Under the pieces are notes generated by a model. That model was not told the origin of the DNA. It saw only the letters and a list, made by a program, of their open reading frames with translations, and made no database searches. This document shows, one piece after another, positions 1-10,924 of a stretch of 32,000 nucleotides of DNA (position 1 is its first letter; every line of letters begins with the position of its first letter). The DNA lies in NCBI GenBank assembly GCA_054661495.1, contig BAAFSQ010000059.1:1-32000 (forward strand), written 5' to 3'. Origin of the DNA: Zygophlyctis sp. KS116 (taxonomy: Eukaryota; Fungi; Chytridiomycota). The position numbers were made by a program, and so were the translations under genes.

Positions 1-2592
1 GCAAGCATCCTTTAGCCATTTTAAATATTAAGACAAAAAATGATCAAAAGCTAACTTATGTTTCGCGTAGAAACTTTATAAGTTATGACAAATTACTGTG
101 GTTAAATACTGGAGTAATTGCAGATTCACCATCCGACTCCACGAATTGTTTTCCCTTACTCGTGGTAGATAAGAAAGATGACAAAGGCAACAAAACCGGT
201 GACAGGGTCTGGGTGGACTTAAGAAAAGCAAATGAATTGCTTGATGATTATGATTATCCGATTCCAACACTACAAGATGTATTCAACAAGTTGGGGGAGT
301 ATAATGGTGAAAACACGCACAGATCTAAAATTGACTGTACCGCGGCTTATCATGGGGTAACAATAACGGGAGCAAGAATATGTTTTAGATGGAGGAATAG
401 GCTATTTATGTTTAAAAGGGCCATGTTTGGAATAAAGCCAATGACGGCAGTGTACCAAAGAGTTGCCGATGCAGTACTCAACGCCCTAGATTACGCAGTG
501 GCGTACATTGACGATAATATAGTGAGTGGAGAAAGTAAACTGAAATGCATACAGAACACCATTACACTTATATCAAGATTAACGCAAATAAGTCAAAGTT
601 TTGTGTACAAAAGTTAAGTTTGTTGGGGCACAAGGTGTCTAACAAATACATAACGATGCATGAAGAGAAAGTAAATCAAATGCTAAACTGGAATTTGCCA
701 AAATCGGCTAACAATTACAGAGATTCTTAGGGATTATAAATTTTTATCGGCATTTTATACCTCAGATGGCAACAGTTACTGCTCCTTTGGACAAGCACAG
801 GCTTGTCGGATTAGATAAGATTTCTGGGGATGATATGAACCAAGCTGTCCTGGCTTTTGAAGCCGTGAAGAATTTGTTGAAATTAAATATTAGTTTACGT
901 TACATAGATTACGCCAAACAAATCATTTTGTGCGCAGATGCATCTGATGTTGGAGTTGGAGCATGGCTTGGATTTGCGGATGGGCCAATTCAAAGTCCTC
1001 AATCTTGGAGAGTCAGTTCTTTTGCATCAAAAGCATTGACGGAGACTCAAAGAAGAGCATCCACACCGGCAAAGGAAATCTATGCTGTGCTGTTTGGGTT
1101 AAAAAAGTTTGAAAAATACTTAATGGGTCGTAAATTCACATTGATAACCGACCACCGTGGATTGGTTTTTTGGTGGACAAAGGATCAGTTGTCCCCAGCT
1201 TTCCAGAGATATTTAGACTATATGACTCAATTCGATTTTAAAAAATATTGCATGTTCCTGGTGAATTAAATGTGTTTGCCGATTACCTTTCTCGTTTAGA
1301 GGTAAATTCATCTGAAAAGGAAGGAGAGGTCAATGCAACCAATAGTTCTAATGTTACTCGTTAAATATTAGCGGCTGATAAAGATCAAATTATTAAAATA
1401 TTTCATGACATGGGTCATTTTGGGGTCAAACTGACGCATAAGAGATTGTTACAACATGGGTATGCATGGGTTGGAATCAAACGAGATGTGGAGAGAATCG
1501 TTGGTCGGTGTGATGCGTGTATGCGTCATACACCCTCTCCTACAATTAAACATGCATTAACCAGCCTTGTGGTTGCTAAACCGTTGGATCATATAGCGTT
1601 AGATCTTGTGACTCCCATTCCAGCGGATAATATGGGAAATGATACTTTGTTTGATTTGGTAGATTTAGCAACGCGATACGTTTGGATGAAAGCACTTGAT
1701 GGCAAGAATATGAATTAAGTAGCCAAAGCATTTTGGGAATTTATTGCGGTATTTGGAGCTCCCAAGGTTATTCAAACTAATAATGGTACGGAGTTTGTGA
1801 ACTCTATGTTTAAAAAGTTAACTGAACTGATATACACGAATCGTTGCATCGAACAATAACAGTAGAACATTCTAGAGCGAATGGAGCCGTCGAAAATGCT
1901 AATAAAACAGCTGAAGCTTATTTAAAGAAGTTGGTAAATGGAGATTTTAGTCGATGGTCTGTTTATGTGCCCCTTGTTCAAATTGCTATGAATTCTAGAA
2001 TAAGTTCACGAACGGATATCTCACCTCATTTTCTAATGTTTGGTAGAACCATGAGTTTGTTTGGGCAGAATACGACAATGTCCGATAAATTTGAAGAAAA
2101 TGACTGGATAGATCGTTCGCGTATCATGAATGATGTATTGTATCCGAGTGTTGTTTCTTGTGTGAGTAGAAATAATCAAAAAATAATATGACTGGAAAAG
2201 TATTGGAACGTAAAGTAGTGCCTGATCAATTGAAACGTATTTATACTCCTGACACTAAGCAGTTGTTGGAGCCTCGTTATTACGTGAAGAAAATCGTTGG
2301 TCATCGACTATCACCTGATCAATTGCTTGAATATGAAGTTGAATGGGAGGATTCTAACTTGCCGAATGATTGGTTAAAGCCTGAACATTTTGATGGAATT
2401 AATTTAATCAATGCATATTGGCGTGTTGCCCGACCTAAGAAGCCTAAAGCTGTCAAGCAAACATCATCCAATGGAGTAAGCGTTCATGATAATCAAGAGC
2501 TTGGAGGGGGTGATGTTGTGCCTGCCCTTAACTTGAAGGCAAAACCTAGACTTAAGCTTAAAGTGAAGATCGGACAAGTGCGTCAGGAATGA
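1..2592 (+). pseudogene. pol: Disrupted pol polyprotein (RT-RNaseH-IN-chromo)
   Basis: Fragments 162-617, 545-730, 766-1269, 1410-1718, 1844-2191 and 2188-2592 are consecutive pol pieces in shifting frames. The second integrase catalytic Asp reads Asn (IQTNNGTEF, ~1770-1796). Confidence 0.9.
2497..2513 (+). other. Polypurine tract (plus-strand priming site)
   Basis: GAGCTTGGAGGGGGTGA lies immediately before the TG start of the LTR. Confidence 0.8.
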
Positions 2593-2671
2593 TGTCAGAC
2601 ATCGGCTAGTTTTTAAAATAAAGCTTTGAGAGTATTGTTGACTTGATTTATTACAAAGCTAAGACACAACA
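2514..2671 (+). repeat. 3' LTR, 158 bp
   Basis: Starts TGTTGTGCCT right after the PPT and ends AGACACAACA, a 10-bp terminal inverted repeat matching 9/10 (TG...CA). AATAAA at 2617-2622. Confidence 0.8.
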
Positions 2672-2719
2672 CAAGTACTGGTTACCAGCGCTAAAAACTA
2701 AGGTTTTCAGTTCAAATTC

Positions 2720-3430
2720 TTTTTATTCAAAGCAATGTTCTATCATCCTCTACTGTAGTATCATCCCTACTATCATCTTCATCATGATTATCTTGTATAT
2801 AATCAATGGTATCAAATTCATCTAATAAAGCTGCATTACAATAGACATAAACCAGTTTTTCCACTTTTTTTGTTCTTGAGTCTGTTTCTTATACGACTAT
2901 GAACGAGGGAGAATATTGACCACACGCTTTCACTGGAAGCAGAAGAAGTAGGAATACTATTAACCCTAAACTTCAGTAGAGGATATTTTGCTTTAGCATA
3001 CATTACCCAATAATACTTGGCTTCTTCATCAACTTTAGTTCCGTCACAGGTTAATTCCAATTCCTCCAAAAACCTATATAGCTCATTTTTGCATTTGATG
3101 CACCGGGAGGGAAAGACCTTCCTTTATTTTGAAAGCACGTTGTAACTCTCTGAATTTAGCTAGCAAAGGACCCCTATCTTTTACAAAGTTCACCACAAAA
3201 CGAGCATCTACCTCCTCTTCTAATTCATGATCTATAGCTTGAAAATTATTTGTCCAACCATTATTAATTTCCAATAGTTAAAATTTGTAGATCCATTCAA
3301 TTTTGGTTCACTAACTTTTGGAATTTTTTTGAACTTTACTCGATCTTCCACGAACCTCTCCAAGATCATCACACAGAATTTCATCATTTCCACTGACTCC
3401 ACTTGGGCAGCCCTAGAACATACCATCTCT
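2720..3430 (-). pseudogene. hAT-family DNA transposase remnant (C-terminal dimerisation region, heavily deleted)
   Basis: YYW...YPLL...SIPTSSASSESVWSIFSLVHSRIRNRL matches the hAT dimerisation motif. After a frameshift it continues LVYVYCNAALLD plus an acidic tail. Upstream fragments are broken. Confidence 0.8.
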
Positions 3431-3499
3431 GATTTGGAAGTCTTACATAGTTCTTGTTTAAAAGTAATAATATATTTTGAGCAGAATGACTAGAAATTA

Positions 3500-4036
3500 T
3501 TAGATGAAATCCACAAACGGGCACAGCTGATCCTCAGGGCGATCAATATCAGTTGGTATTGCACATCTTCTACGATTTGCTCCTGCACAGGCTTTGAAAG
3601 AAGGTCCACACATTTCTTCATCACATTTGAGACATTTATTTAACACAGTACCCTTTGATTTGGCTTGGCGATTTAAAAAAGCAGGAACAAAACATACCGA
3701 CAAACATTTCTTTCGAGTACAAGCTATGTTTGCCATCCAACAATCAAGACAAGGACCGGTAAATTGTACTGATCTCTTCATACATAATCTGCCGACACCA
3801 AAAAACGATAAAAATGCACAATGAGTTACTGATTTTGTCAAAGTATTGGCTTTTTTTCTGTAAATATGTATATCATGCATATTAGAACACTTTCCGCAAT
3901 TTCCACAATGCATTACTTTACTACCATTCAGATGAGCGTCATTAGGAGACGGATAATCGACCCCATCATAACCACATACGATCTGTCCATTCAAAGAAGA
4001 GATCAACAGTTGGAAAATAACAAAAATAAAAAACAT
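3500..4036 (-). CDS. Secreted cysteine-rich protein, 178 aa, function unknown
   Basis: Intronless ORF with a hydrophobic signal peptide, many Cys, and motifs HCGNCGKCSN and CDEEMCGPSFKACAGANRRR. Confidence 0.8.
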   Translation of the reverse strand: MFFIFVIFQLLISSLNGQIVCGYDGVDYPSPNDAHLNGSKVMHCGNCGKCSNMHDIHIYRKKANTLTKSVTHCAFLSFFGVGRLCMKRSVQFTGPCLDCWMANIACTRKKCLSVCFVPAFLNRQAKSKGTVLNKCLKCDEEMCGPSFKACAGANRRRCAIPTDIDRPEDQLCPFVDFI

Positions 4037-4271
4037 CAGCAGAAAGTTATTTGAAGAGGATACGGTAAGGGTTTGGGGTAAAACTTAGATGCACTTTTCG
4101 CTGATAATGAATTTGAAAAGAGATCTCTTTCACTTGATCCAGCCTGATAAGCAATAAAATTCATGTGCAAAAACATGTAAATCCTGAGCGTTTCGTACTC
4201 ACTATATCGTAAGATTGATATTAAGAATGATGGTTCAGGTTTGTGGGCCAACTCTATTTTTAGTGTCAGAG

Positions 4272-4300
4272 GTAAGTATAATACTTATGCTTATTAACAG
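4272..4300 (+). other. Probable 29-nt 5'-UTR intron of the GT90 gene
   Basis: GTAAGT...TTAACAG, in the same size class as the coding introns and 43 nt upstream of the ATG at 4344. Confidence 0.55.
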
Positions 4301-4343
4301 GATACATTGATCTTTTTTATTGATACTATTACATTGAAGCTTA

Positions 4344-5732
4344 ATGAGAAGAATTATCACTATATTTATTGTAGCAATATTGCTAGTTTTCACTCCAATG
4401 TACTTTTTGGCTCTTAAAAATGATGATTCTGCGCCTCATGATTTTAAACCAAATCGATATGTCCACAGTCACAAATCTGATGGCCACCAAATTTCTCAAA
4501 CTTATATAAAGACCTTTGATAGATATCCTCCGCTAGGATTTGAATTGTGGGTGGAATTTGCAAAGGAAAACAAGTGCGAATTGAATTTTTCATATTATGA
4601 ACAAATCTATTTGGACCTGGATCCATGGATGAATGGAAAACTATCCACTAATATCTCTGAATATTACTCTGGTGCAAAGAGATTTGCAGGCTCGTTGACT
4701 CTAAGAGATTTCAAGTTTCGGACAAAATCATTTTCTGATAATACCAAACTGTTCAACTCTGTTGCTCATCTTTTAAAATATGACTTTCAATATCTGATAA
4801 GCGGGTATGATGAGCCTATATCACTTCCAGCAGATGATAGTCTTCCATATCAATCGATAGAAGATCTAGTTAATAGAAGTTCCTGTATAAGAAATATTTC
4901 TAAAGAGATACTAAACAGTCATGGATTTTTTCTTGGACCTGATTCATTTGTAAGCGTCAATAGTCTCTTGCCTGTTTTTTCACAAACAAAACATTATTGC
5001 TACAAGGATGTAGTAGTACCAATGAGTTATCACATTGGGTTTTCTCAAGAATCTATAACAGATAATGTACCATGGAATGAAAAAAAGAAGGTTCTCTTTT
5101 GGAGAGGTTCAACAACTGGTGGTTCTAATAGGTTGGGAAAACCTTGGGAAAAATATCATCGTGTAAGATTACTTGATTGGGAAAAGAAATGGTCTGAAAG
5201 ACATCCTCAATCAGTAATTGACACTGGGAAAATGTCGGAAGACTTGAAAGAACTCGTTGAATACAATCTTGATAACACCCCTAAACTCTTTGTTGATATA
5301 GGATTCTCTGGATATTGTCAGATGGATGATGCCACAAAAGAAATTTTTCAAACCAAATACCCGTTAAAATCTACTGTTTCATTTGTAAAAACCACAAAGT
5401 TTAAATATCTATTGGTAATTGACGGGAATACTTGGCCTTCAAGAATTCAAAAATATTTGGCGACTAATTCAGTCATATTATACAATGGAATATTTACAGA
5501 CCTTTATCTCGGGATGCTTAAGCCTTGGGTTCATTATGTACCTATTCGTACCGACCTATCAGATCTTGATGAAAAAATTGAATGGCTTCTTGCAAATGAT
5601 GATGAAGCACATTCAATCGCCATAAATGCAAAAGCCCTGATGAGTACCTTGGGACGTTACGAGCACTTACAATGTTATACAGGATTGCTATTACAAGAAT
5701 ATGGCAGGATATTTGGTCAAAAAGGAAAATAA
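4344..5732 (+). CDS. Glycosyltransferase family 90 (CAP10/Cxt1-like), type II membrane protein
   Basis: N-terminal TM anchor; RYPPLGFELWVEFA, VPWNEKKKVLFWRGSTTGG, KYLLVIDGNTW and LKPWVHYVPIRTDLSDL are GT90 motifs. Confidence 0.9.
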   Translation: MRRIITIFIVAILLVFTPMYFLALKNDDSAPHDFKPNRYVHSHKSDGHQISQTYIKTFDRYPPLGFELWVEFAKENKCELNFSYYEQIYLDLDPWMNGKLSTNISEYYSGAKRFAGSLTLRDFKFRTKSFSDNTKLFNSVAHLLKYDFQYLISGYDEPISLPADDSLPYQSIEDLVNRSSCIRNISKEILNSHGFFLGPDSFVSVNSLLPVFSQTKHYCYKDVVVPMSYHIGFSQESITDNVPWNEKKKVLFWRGSTTGGSNRLGKPWEKYHRVRLLDWEKKWSERHPQSVIDTGKMSEDLKELVEYNLDNTPKLFVDIGFSGYCQMDDATKEIFQTKYPLKSTVSFVKTTKFKYLLVIDGNTWPSRIQKYLATNSVILYNGIFTDLYLGMLKPWVHYVPIRTDLSDLDEKIEWLLANDDEAHSIAINAKALMSTLGRYEHLQCYTGLLLQEYGRIFGQKGK

Positions 5733-5781
5733 ATTCGTTGATTTGACAGATAAACCCATTTTGAGGGTAAAAAAAATTTTG

Positions 5782-7122
5782 ATGTTGCAGTTTGAAATCA
5801 TTGCTAAATGCTCAGTTACCAAAGCCCGAGTTTCAAAGATGAATCTTTTGCATGGATCTGCAGACACTCCCATGTTCATGCCAGTCGGAACTAAAGGAAC
5901 TATGAAGGGAATCACTTCATCGCAACTAAAAGATCTTAATTGTCAGGTCATTCTTGGAAATACTTATCATCTTGCTTTACAGCCAGTAATAATTATTTGT
6001 AACTCTAGGGACAAGAATTATTTGATCAAGTAGATGGCTTACATAATTTCATGAATTGGAATGGCGGACTTCTAACGGACTCTGGAGGCTTTCAAATGGT
6101 TTCTTTGATGGACTTGTCCGAAGTCACAGAGGAAGGTGTCTTTTTCAATTCCCCATTCGATAATACAAGAATGCTTTTGACTCCGGAAAAATCTATTGAA
6201 ATCCAAAACTCTATAGGGGCTGATATTATAATGCAATTAGATGATGTTGTGGCTCCAACATCCGATAATGATAGACTGGAGGAAGCCATGTGGAGAAGTA
6301 TAAGATGGTTAGATCGCTGCCTTAAAGTATTCAATCTAAACTAACGTTCTAGGCGCATTCAAAACCAGAAAAACAGAATCTATTTCCAATTATCCAAGGA
6401 GGACTAAATTTGAATTGGAGAAAAACATGCATAGATGAAATGACTAAAAGAAATTGTCGAGGATATGCAATTGGAGGACTTTCAGGGGGAGAAGAAAAGG
6501 ATCAATTCTGGAGGGTGTAAGTCATGAAGAAAGTTTTCTTATATTTAGAGTTTCCTATTGCACAGATCTCTTACCTGAAAACAAACCCAGATATTGTATG
6601 GGGATTGGTTATGCCGAAGATCTGGTTGTATGCTCTGCTATGGGAGTTGACATGTACGATTGTGTATTCCCTACCAGAACTGCACGTTTTGGGCGAGCTC
6701 TCACAAGAAATGGCCCCATGAATTTAAAGTCTGGTGATTTCAGATTGGATTTTGACCCTATCGATCCTGACTGTGAATGCCCCACTTGTAAGCAAGGATT
6801 CTCAAGATCATATGTTAGGTATTTTTGATAATCATTGACTATTAGTCACCTCTTTTATTCCAAAGAAACCGTTGGATGCCATTTTATAACATTGCATAAC
6901 ATTGCATTTCAGATGAAACTGATGTCTGATATTAGAAAATCTATCCAGGAGGATACCTTTCCTGAATTTGTCAAGGAGTTTATGTTTCAATTTTTTAAAA
7001 ACAAAAAATATACTGATCAGGAGGATTCAGAATTCTACAAAGGACAGCCAATGCATGAAAGTGGATACCCTGTCTGGGTAGTTAATTCATTGGCTAGTGT
7101 TGGAATTAATCTGAAACACTGA
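5782..7122 (+). CDS. QTRT1: Queuine tRNA-ribosyltransferase catalytic subunit; 4 introns (5986-6008, 6327-6352, 6517-6548, 6819-6845)
   Basis: [58 protein letters not shown], Zn site CECPTC and HNIAFQ. Splicing restores one continuous frame. Confidence 0.95.
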
Positions 7123-7142
7123 TAAAAATTTTCATTTCATGG

Positions 7143-7957
7143 ATGATATGCAGAGCCATTGTTTTAGGGAATGCAAATGTTGGAAAAACAACCATTCTTC
7201 AAAGCCTTTCTGGTCTTACTGTAAGCCCATATATATTTATCTTCAGATTAAAGATCCATTTGAGTGCATTACTATTGAGTATAAAAATATGATTTTTCAT
7301 ATCCAAGACACCAGCGGTCATCAGGAATGGGACAGACTTCGACCAATTTCTTATCATAATTCTTCAGTTGTTCTGCTATGTTTCTCAATTGTATGCGACT
7401 CCTCCTTTATTGATGTTTCAGAGAGGGTAAGATATAATTTATAAGTATAGTGGATACCAGAGATTAAGTATTATTTACCAAAAGTTCCCATCATTCTAAT
7501 TGCAACTCATGCAGACCAAAAATCTGAAACATTTGAAAGAGGAGTTTTACTATCCAAGGAAATCAATGCATTAAATTATATTCAGCTTCACTCACATATT
7601 GTAGATCCAGATCACTTATTTCCAATTATTATTTCAGCTGCATCATCAATATCATCATTAGATCCACAGATAGAGTCGGTATCTTCGTGTGACACAATTG
7701 AAGATAAAATGTCTCAAGATTTACCACCATTACCTCAAGAAATTGATCATGAATCAGATGATCAAACTAGAATTGAAGAAGACATGTCAGTCGATGATGA
7801 AATTACAGATCTTGAAATTACTTCAACCGCTCCACCTCCACCTGAAAAACCGGCTCAAGTTCCGTATAAAAATCATCAAAAAAAGAAAAAGAAGGGATTT
7901 GTTTTTTCTTTTACAAAGAAGAAGAATAAAAAGGACAATGAATGTTTGGTTATGTAA
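7143..7957 (+). CDS. Divergent Rho-like small GTPase with acidic/Pro-rich/polybasic tail and CaaX; introns 7221-7246 and 7427-7450
   Basis: Spliced product reads VLGNANVGKTT, DTSGHQEWDRLRPISY, VVLLCFSI and WIPEIKYYLPKVPIILIA, and ends CLVM*. Confidence 0.8.
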
Positions 7958-8004
7958 ACTAGTAAGAGTATGTACAGTTTAGGGCTGTCATTGGAATTGG
8001 ATTT

Positions 8005-9871
8005 ATGACAATATTCAATTTATTAATAATATTGTGTGTAATAGGATGGTCTTTAGTCATAATTCCAATATTGTGGAGAATCATTGATATTTTGAGGGAT
8101 AGATATGTGATCGTAAATGGTTATTCTCCAGTTGGCACCGATGAAATGGAATTACCGCCCGATGAGAATGAATTGTCTGTGCTAAAGCATTTTAGAAATG
8201 CAGTCTCGTAATTATCCTATTTTTGACACTAGAGCCGTTATACAATTGTCTGATATTTCCCCAGAATCAAAAGATTTACGCAATCTTGAAAACAAGGTCA
8301 AATCAGAGTCATTTAGAAGAACCGTTCGAAGAAAAGCTTCAATCCCTAAAATTAAGAGTAATCTATTAAGGAAGAGTTCATCTTCTCTTGGAAAGCGAGG
8401 GCCGGCCACGATTATTAAGAAGATGGTTGATCGTTCTTTTTGTCTAGCAGAACATGTTCATGAATGGTCACTTTCTCATATTGGAAAAGTCAAGTAATTC
8501 AACTTTATAATATTTTAGATTTGTGGATCACGCTCCTCTCATTTTCCAACTTATTAGGAAAAAATTTGGTTACTCTTGTAAATCTCTTCTTTCCTCTTTA
8601 GATAAACCGCTATCTTTTTTTGAATCAGAAGGGAAATCGGAAGCATTGTTTTTTGTTACAGAGGACAAAAGATTCCTTTTTAAGACTCTTAGAGGTTCTG
8701 AACCGAGTAATTTGAAGGCATTTCTTCAAGATTATTTACTATATATATCAAAGGAGCCAAATACATTACTCCCAAGAATTCTAGGATTTTACACTTTTGA
8801 AAGAATTTCAAGAGGATCGGACGCTACGAATAGTGGTACATCTTCTGGCACATTCAAATCAATTGATATGATAATACCTCCAAAATTTACAATAATAATG
8901 ATGGCAAATGTGTTTGGAACTGATCTTGATATTCATTTAAAGTTTGATTTTAAGGGATCTCAATTAGGTCGAGAAACTTTGGTTTTAAATGAAGCACTGG
9001 ATTTACCAGTAAATGTAACTTTAAAAGAATTGGATTTCCATCGACTACTACAAAATGGGTATCTAAATCGTTTGAATTTCTCTCCAGTGAGAAAAAATCA
9101 ATTTCTCAATCAGCTTTCAAAGGATATAGAACTTTTAAAACTTTACTGTTTTATAGATTACAGGTATCTAATCCTAAGTAGCTAACGAATAGTCTTCTCG
9201 TGGGTATTCATAGACATTGCATAAATAATCAGAACCCAAAAGGTTCATCTACAACAGTTTCTAGCGGTTCAAGTACACCAAAGAGTGAGATTCAAAATAA
9301 AAACAGTATTCTAGACTCAAATATTCTTGCGTCAGCATGGAAGCTATGGTCTAGAACTTCTTCAGAAAAATCTCAAGGTTCGCCAACTCCTTTTGAGTTT
9401 TCGGATTTTCAATCAATGTGGGTAGATGAACAAGATGATGAGGATTTAGAAGGATTGTTTTTTGGCGGTGTCCGATCAAATCAGTTAAGTGGTTCCATAG
9501 ATTACGAGGTGATTTTAATATTTTTAAAACAATAGATTTATTTCTTTGGTCTGGTTGATATTCTGCAAAAATATAACGTGGCGAAATGGTTTGAAAGGGG
9601 CATTAAGAAGCAAAAAACCCAATTTTTTGGCAGAGATACTCCTTTATCACAACTCTTTGCAAATCCGCTCAACCAGACATCCCAAGAAACAAGGAATTAT
9701 CCTAGTCCGCTGGGAAGTCCACCAGAGGTAGGCAATGTATTAAGCAAAGAAAGAGACTCTTGGGTTTCCAATTCTTCTGAATTTTTCTCTGCAGTACAAG
9801 AGCCGAGTGTTGAAGAGCCAGATAGATACGGAACTCGTCTATATGAATTTGCAGAATCCATTCTTCAGTAA
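8005..9871 (+). CDS. Phosphatidylinositol-phosphate kinase (PIP5K family) with N-terminal hydrophobic segment; introns 8208-8232, 8494-8518, 9164-9192, 9509-9535
   Basis: KFVDHAPLIF, GKSEALFFVTEDKRFLFKT, FDFKGS, LKELDF, IDYSLLVGIH, YFFGLVDILQKY and SVEEPDRYGTRL. Confidence 0.88.
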
Positions 9872-9902
9872 CATTTGATTTTTCTGTATATATTCTTATG
9901 AA

Positions 9903-10813
9903 TTAGTCTAAAATCAAGCATGAGCTGCAAGGACGGCTTGATGCTTTTGATAATTTAATTTTTTCATTGTATTCCTTAATAACATTTGAAACAGTCTCTA
10001 AATCCTCAACATCATCTCCACAGAGTATATGATCTCTATTATCTCCCACTTGATCATACTTTTTTTCCCAAATCCAAGAATCACCATAACCAGAGTAACC
10101 ATTCTTTTCTGCCAGTCTTTTCCAATATACTATAGATTGTTTCCTTTGTTTTGTTTGAAAAGATCTTTCATATAAATGTATTAGAGCCAACATGGAGTCT
10201 AAATCCCCTATTCTAGCACCAATTATATACATTTTCTCTGCAAGACTCCTAGATTTAGCCACTCCCCATCCATTCAATAGTGAATTACCCAATTCATACA
10301 ATGGCAAAGGCAATAAAGTTTTAATAATTTCTAGTTCTACCCCTACTTTTTGAGTATCATTAGCAGTATAATCATCAAAAATATCCGATATATCAAAATG
10401 ATCTCCTATAGAATCATTTATAAGACTGCCTTGCTCCAAAACTACAGAATTATTTTCAATTGTTAAATCAAATTCCAATGTAGGAATTGCATATTTTAAA
10501 AGTTGCTTGTTAATTTTAGATTTTACAATTGGTAATTTCTCTATTAGAAAAGCAATGGAGTTTTGAAAGCATTTAAAAGCCTCTGCCTCATTTTTAGAGA
10601 TACCGAATCCATGCCTTAGACACATTCCAAGAAAATAGTATGCCAATGGATGATTATTTTCTCTACAAGAATGATAAAAATAGTATGTAGCAGCCGTCAA
10701 TCTTCCCTGATCATGACAAATAATGCCTTTTGAAAGAGAATTGGACAATTTTACAGAGTTATTCTAAACAATAAATATACAGTAATTACATTTACCGGAG
10801 TGACTCTTGACAT
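9903..10813 (-). CDS. Sel1-like repeat protein (Nif1/Dsf2-like); one 5' intron ending at 10764, donor ambiguous
   Basis: YFLGMCLRHGFGISKNEAEAF, LYELGNSLLNGWGVAKS and GDSWIWEKKYD. ATG at 10813 joins the frame after a phase-0 intron. Confidence 0.75.
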
Positions 10814-10834
10814 GTTTAAACGCATTTACTCTCC

Positions 10835-10842
10835 TGACGTCA
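10835..10842. promoter_or_regulatory. Perfect CRE palindrome TGACGTCA in the divergent Sel1/Pam17 promoter
   Basis: Seen directly; the related TKACGT recurs near many start codons in the window. Confidence 0.55.
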
Positions 10843-10924
10843 CTAGAGTCTGTAGCCAAGTTTTATACTGTAAAACGTAAATCGTGGGATATATTATGAG
10901 TGAGAGCATCTGTTAAATTTTTAC

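Larger units (their letters stand above)
1..2671 (+). mobile_element. Degenerate Ty3/Gypsy (chromovirus-type) LTR retrotransposon; 3' part of pol plus 3' LTR, truncated by the window start
   Basis: Domain order is RT (DLRKAN, YPIP, MFGIK, YIDD) - RNase H (DASDVGVGA, KEIYAV, ITDHRGL) - integrase (GHFG...CDAC zinc finger, DLV, GAVENAN) - chromodomain (YYVKKIVGHR..EYEVEW..DW). There are multiple frameshifts and in-frame stops (e.g. ~1362, 1716). Confidence 0.95.

Noticed and set aside
4226-4239. 14-bp match AATGATGGTTCAGG shared with ~28337
   Set aside because: A single short match without convincing extended similarity; could be chance.
5782-7122. TGT as part of a bacterial or phage 7-deazaguanine DNA-modification system
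   Set aside because: It is an intron-containing eukaryotic QTRT1 with no dpd or que neighbours.
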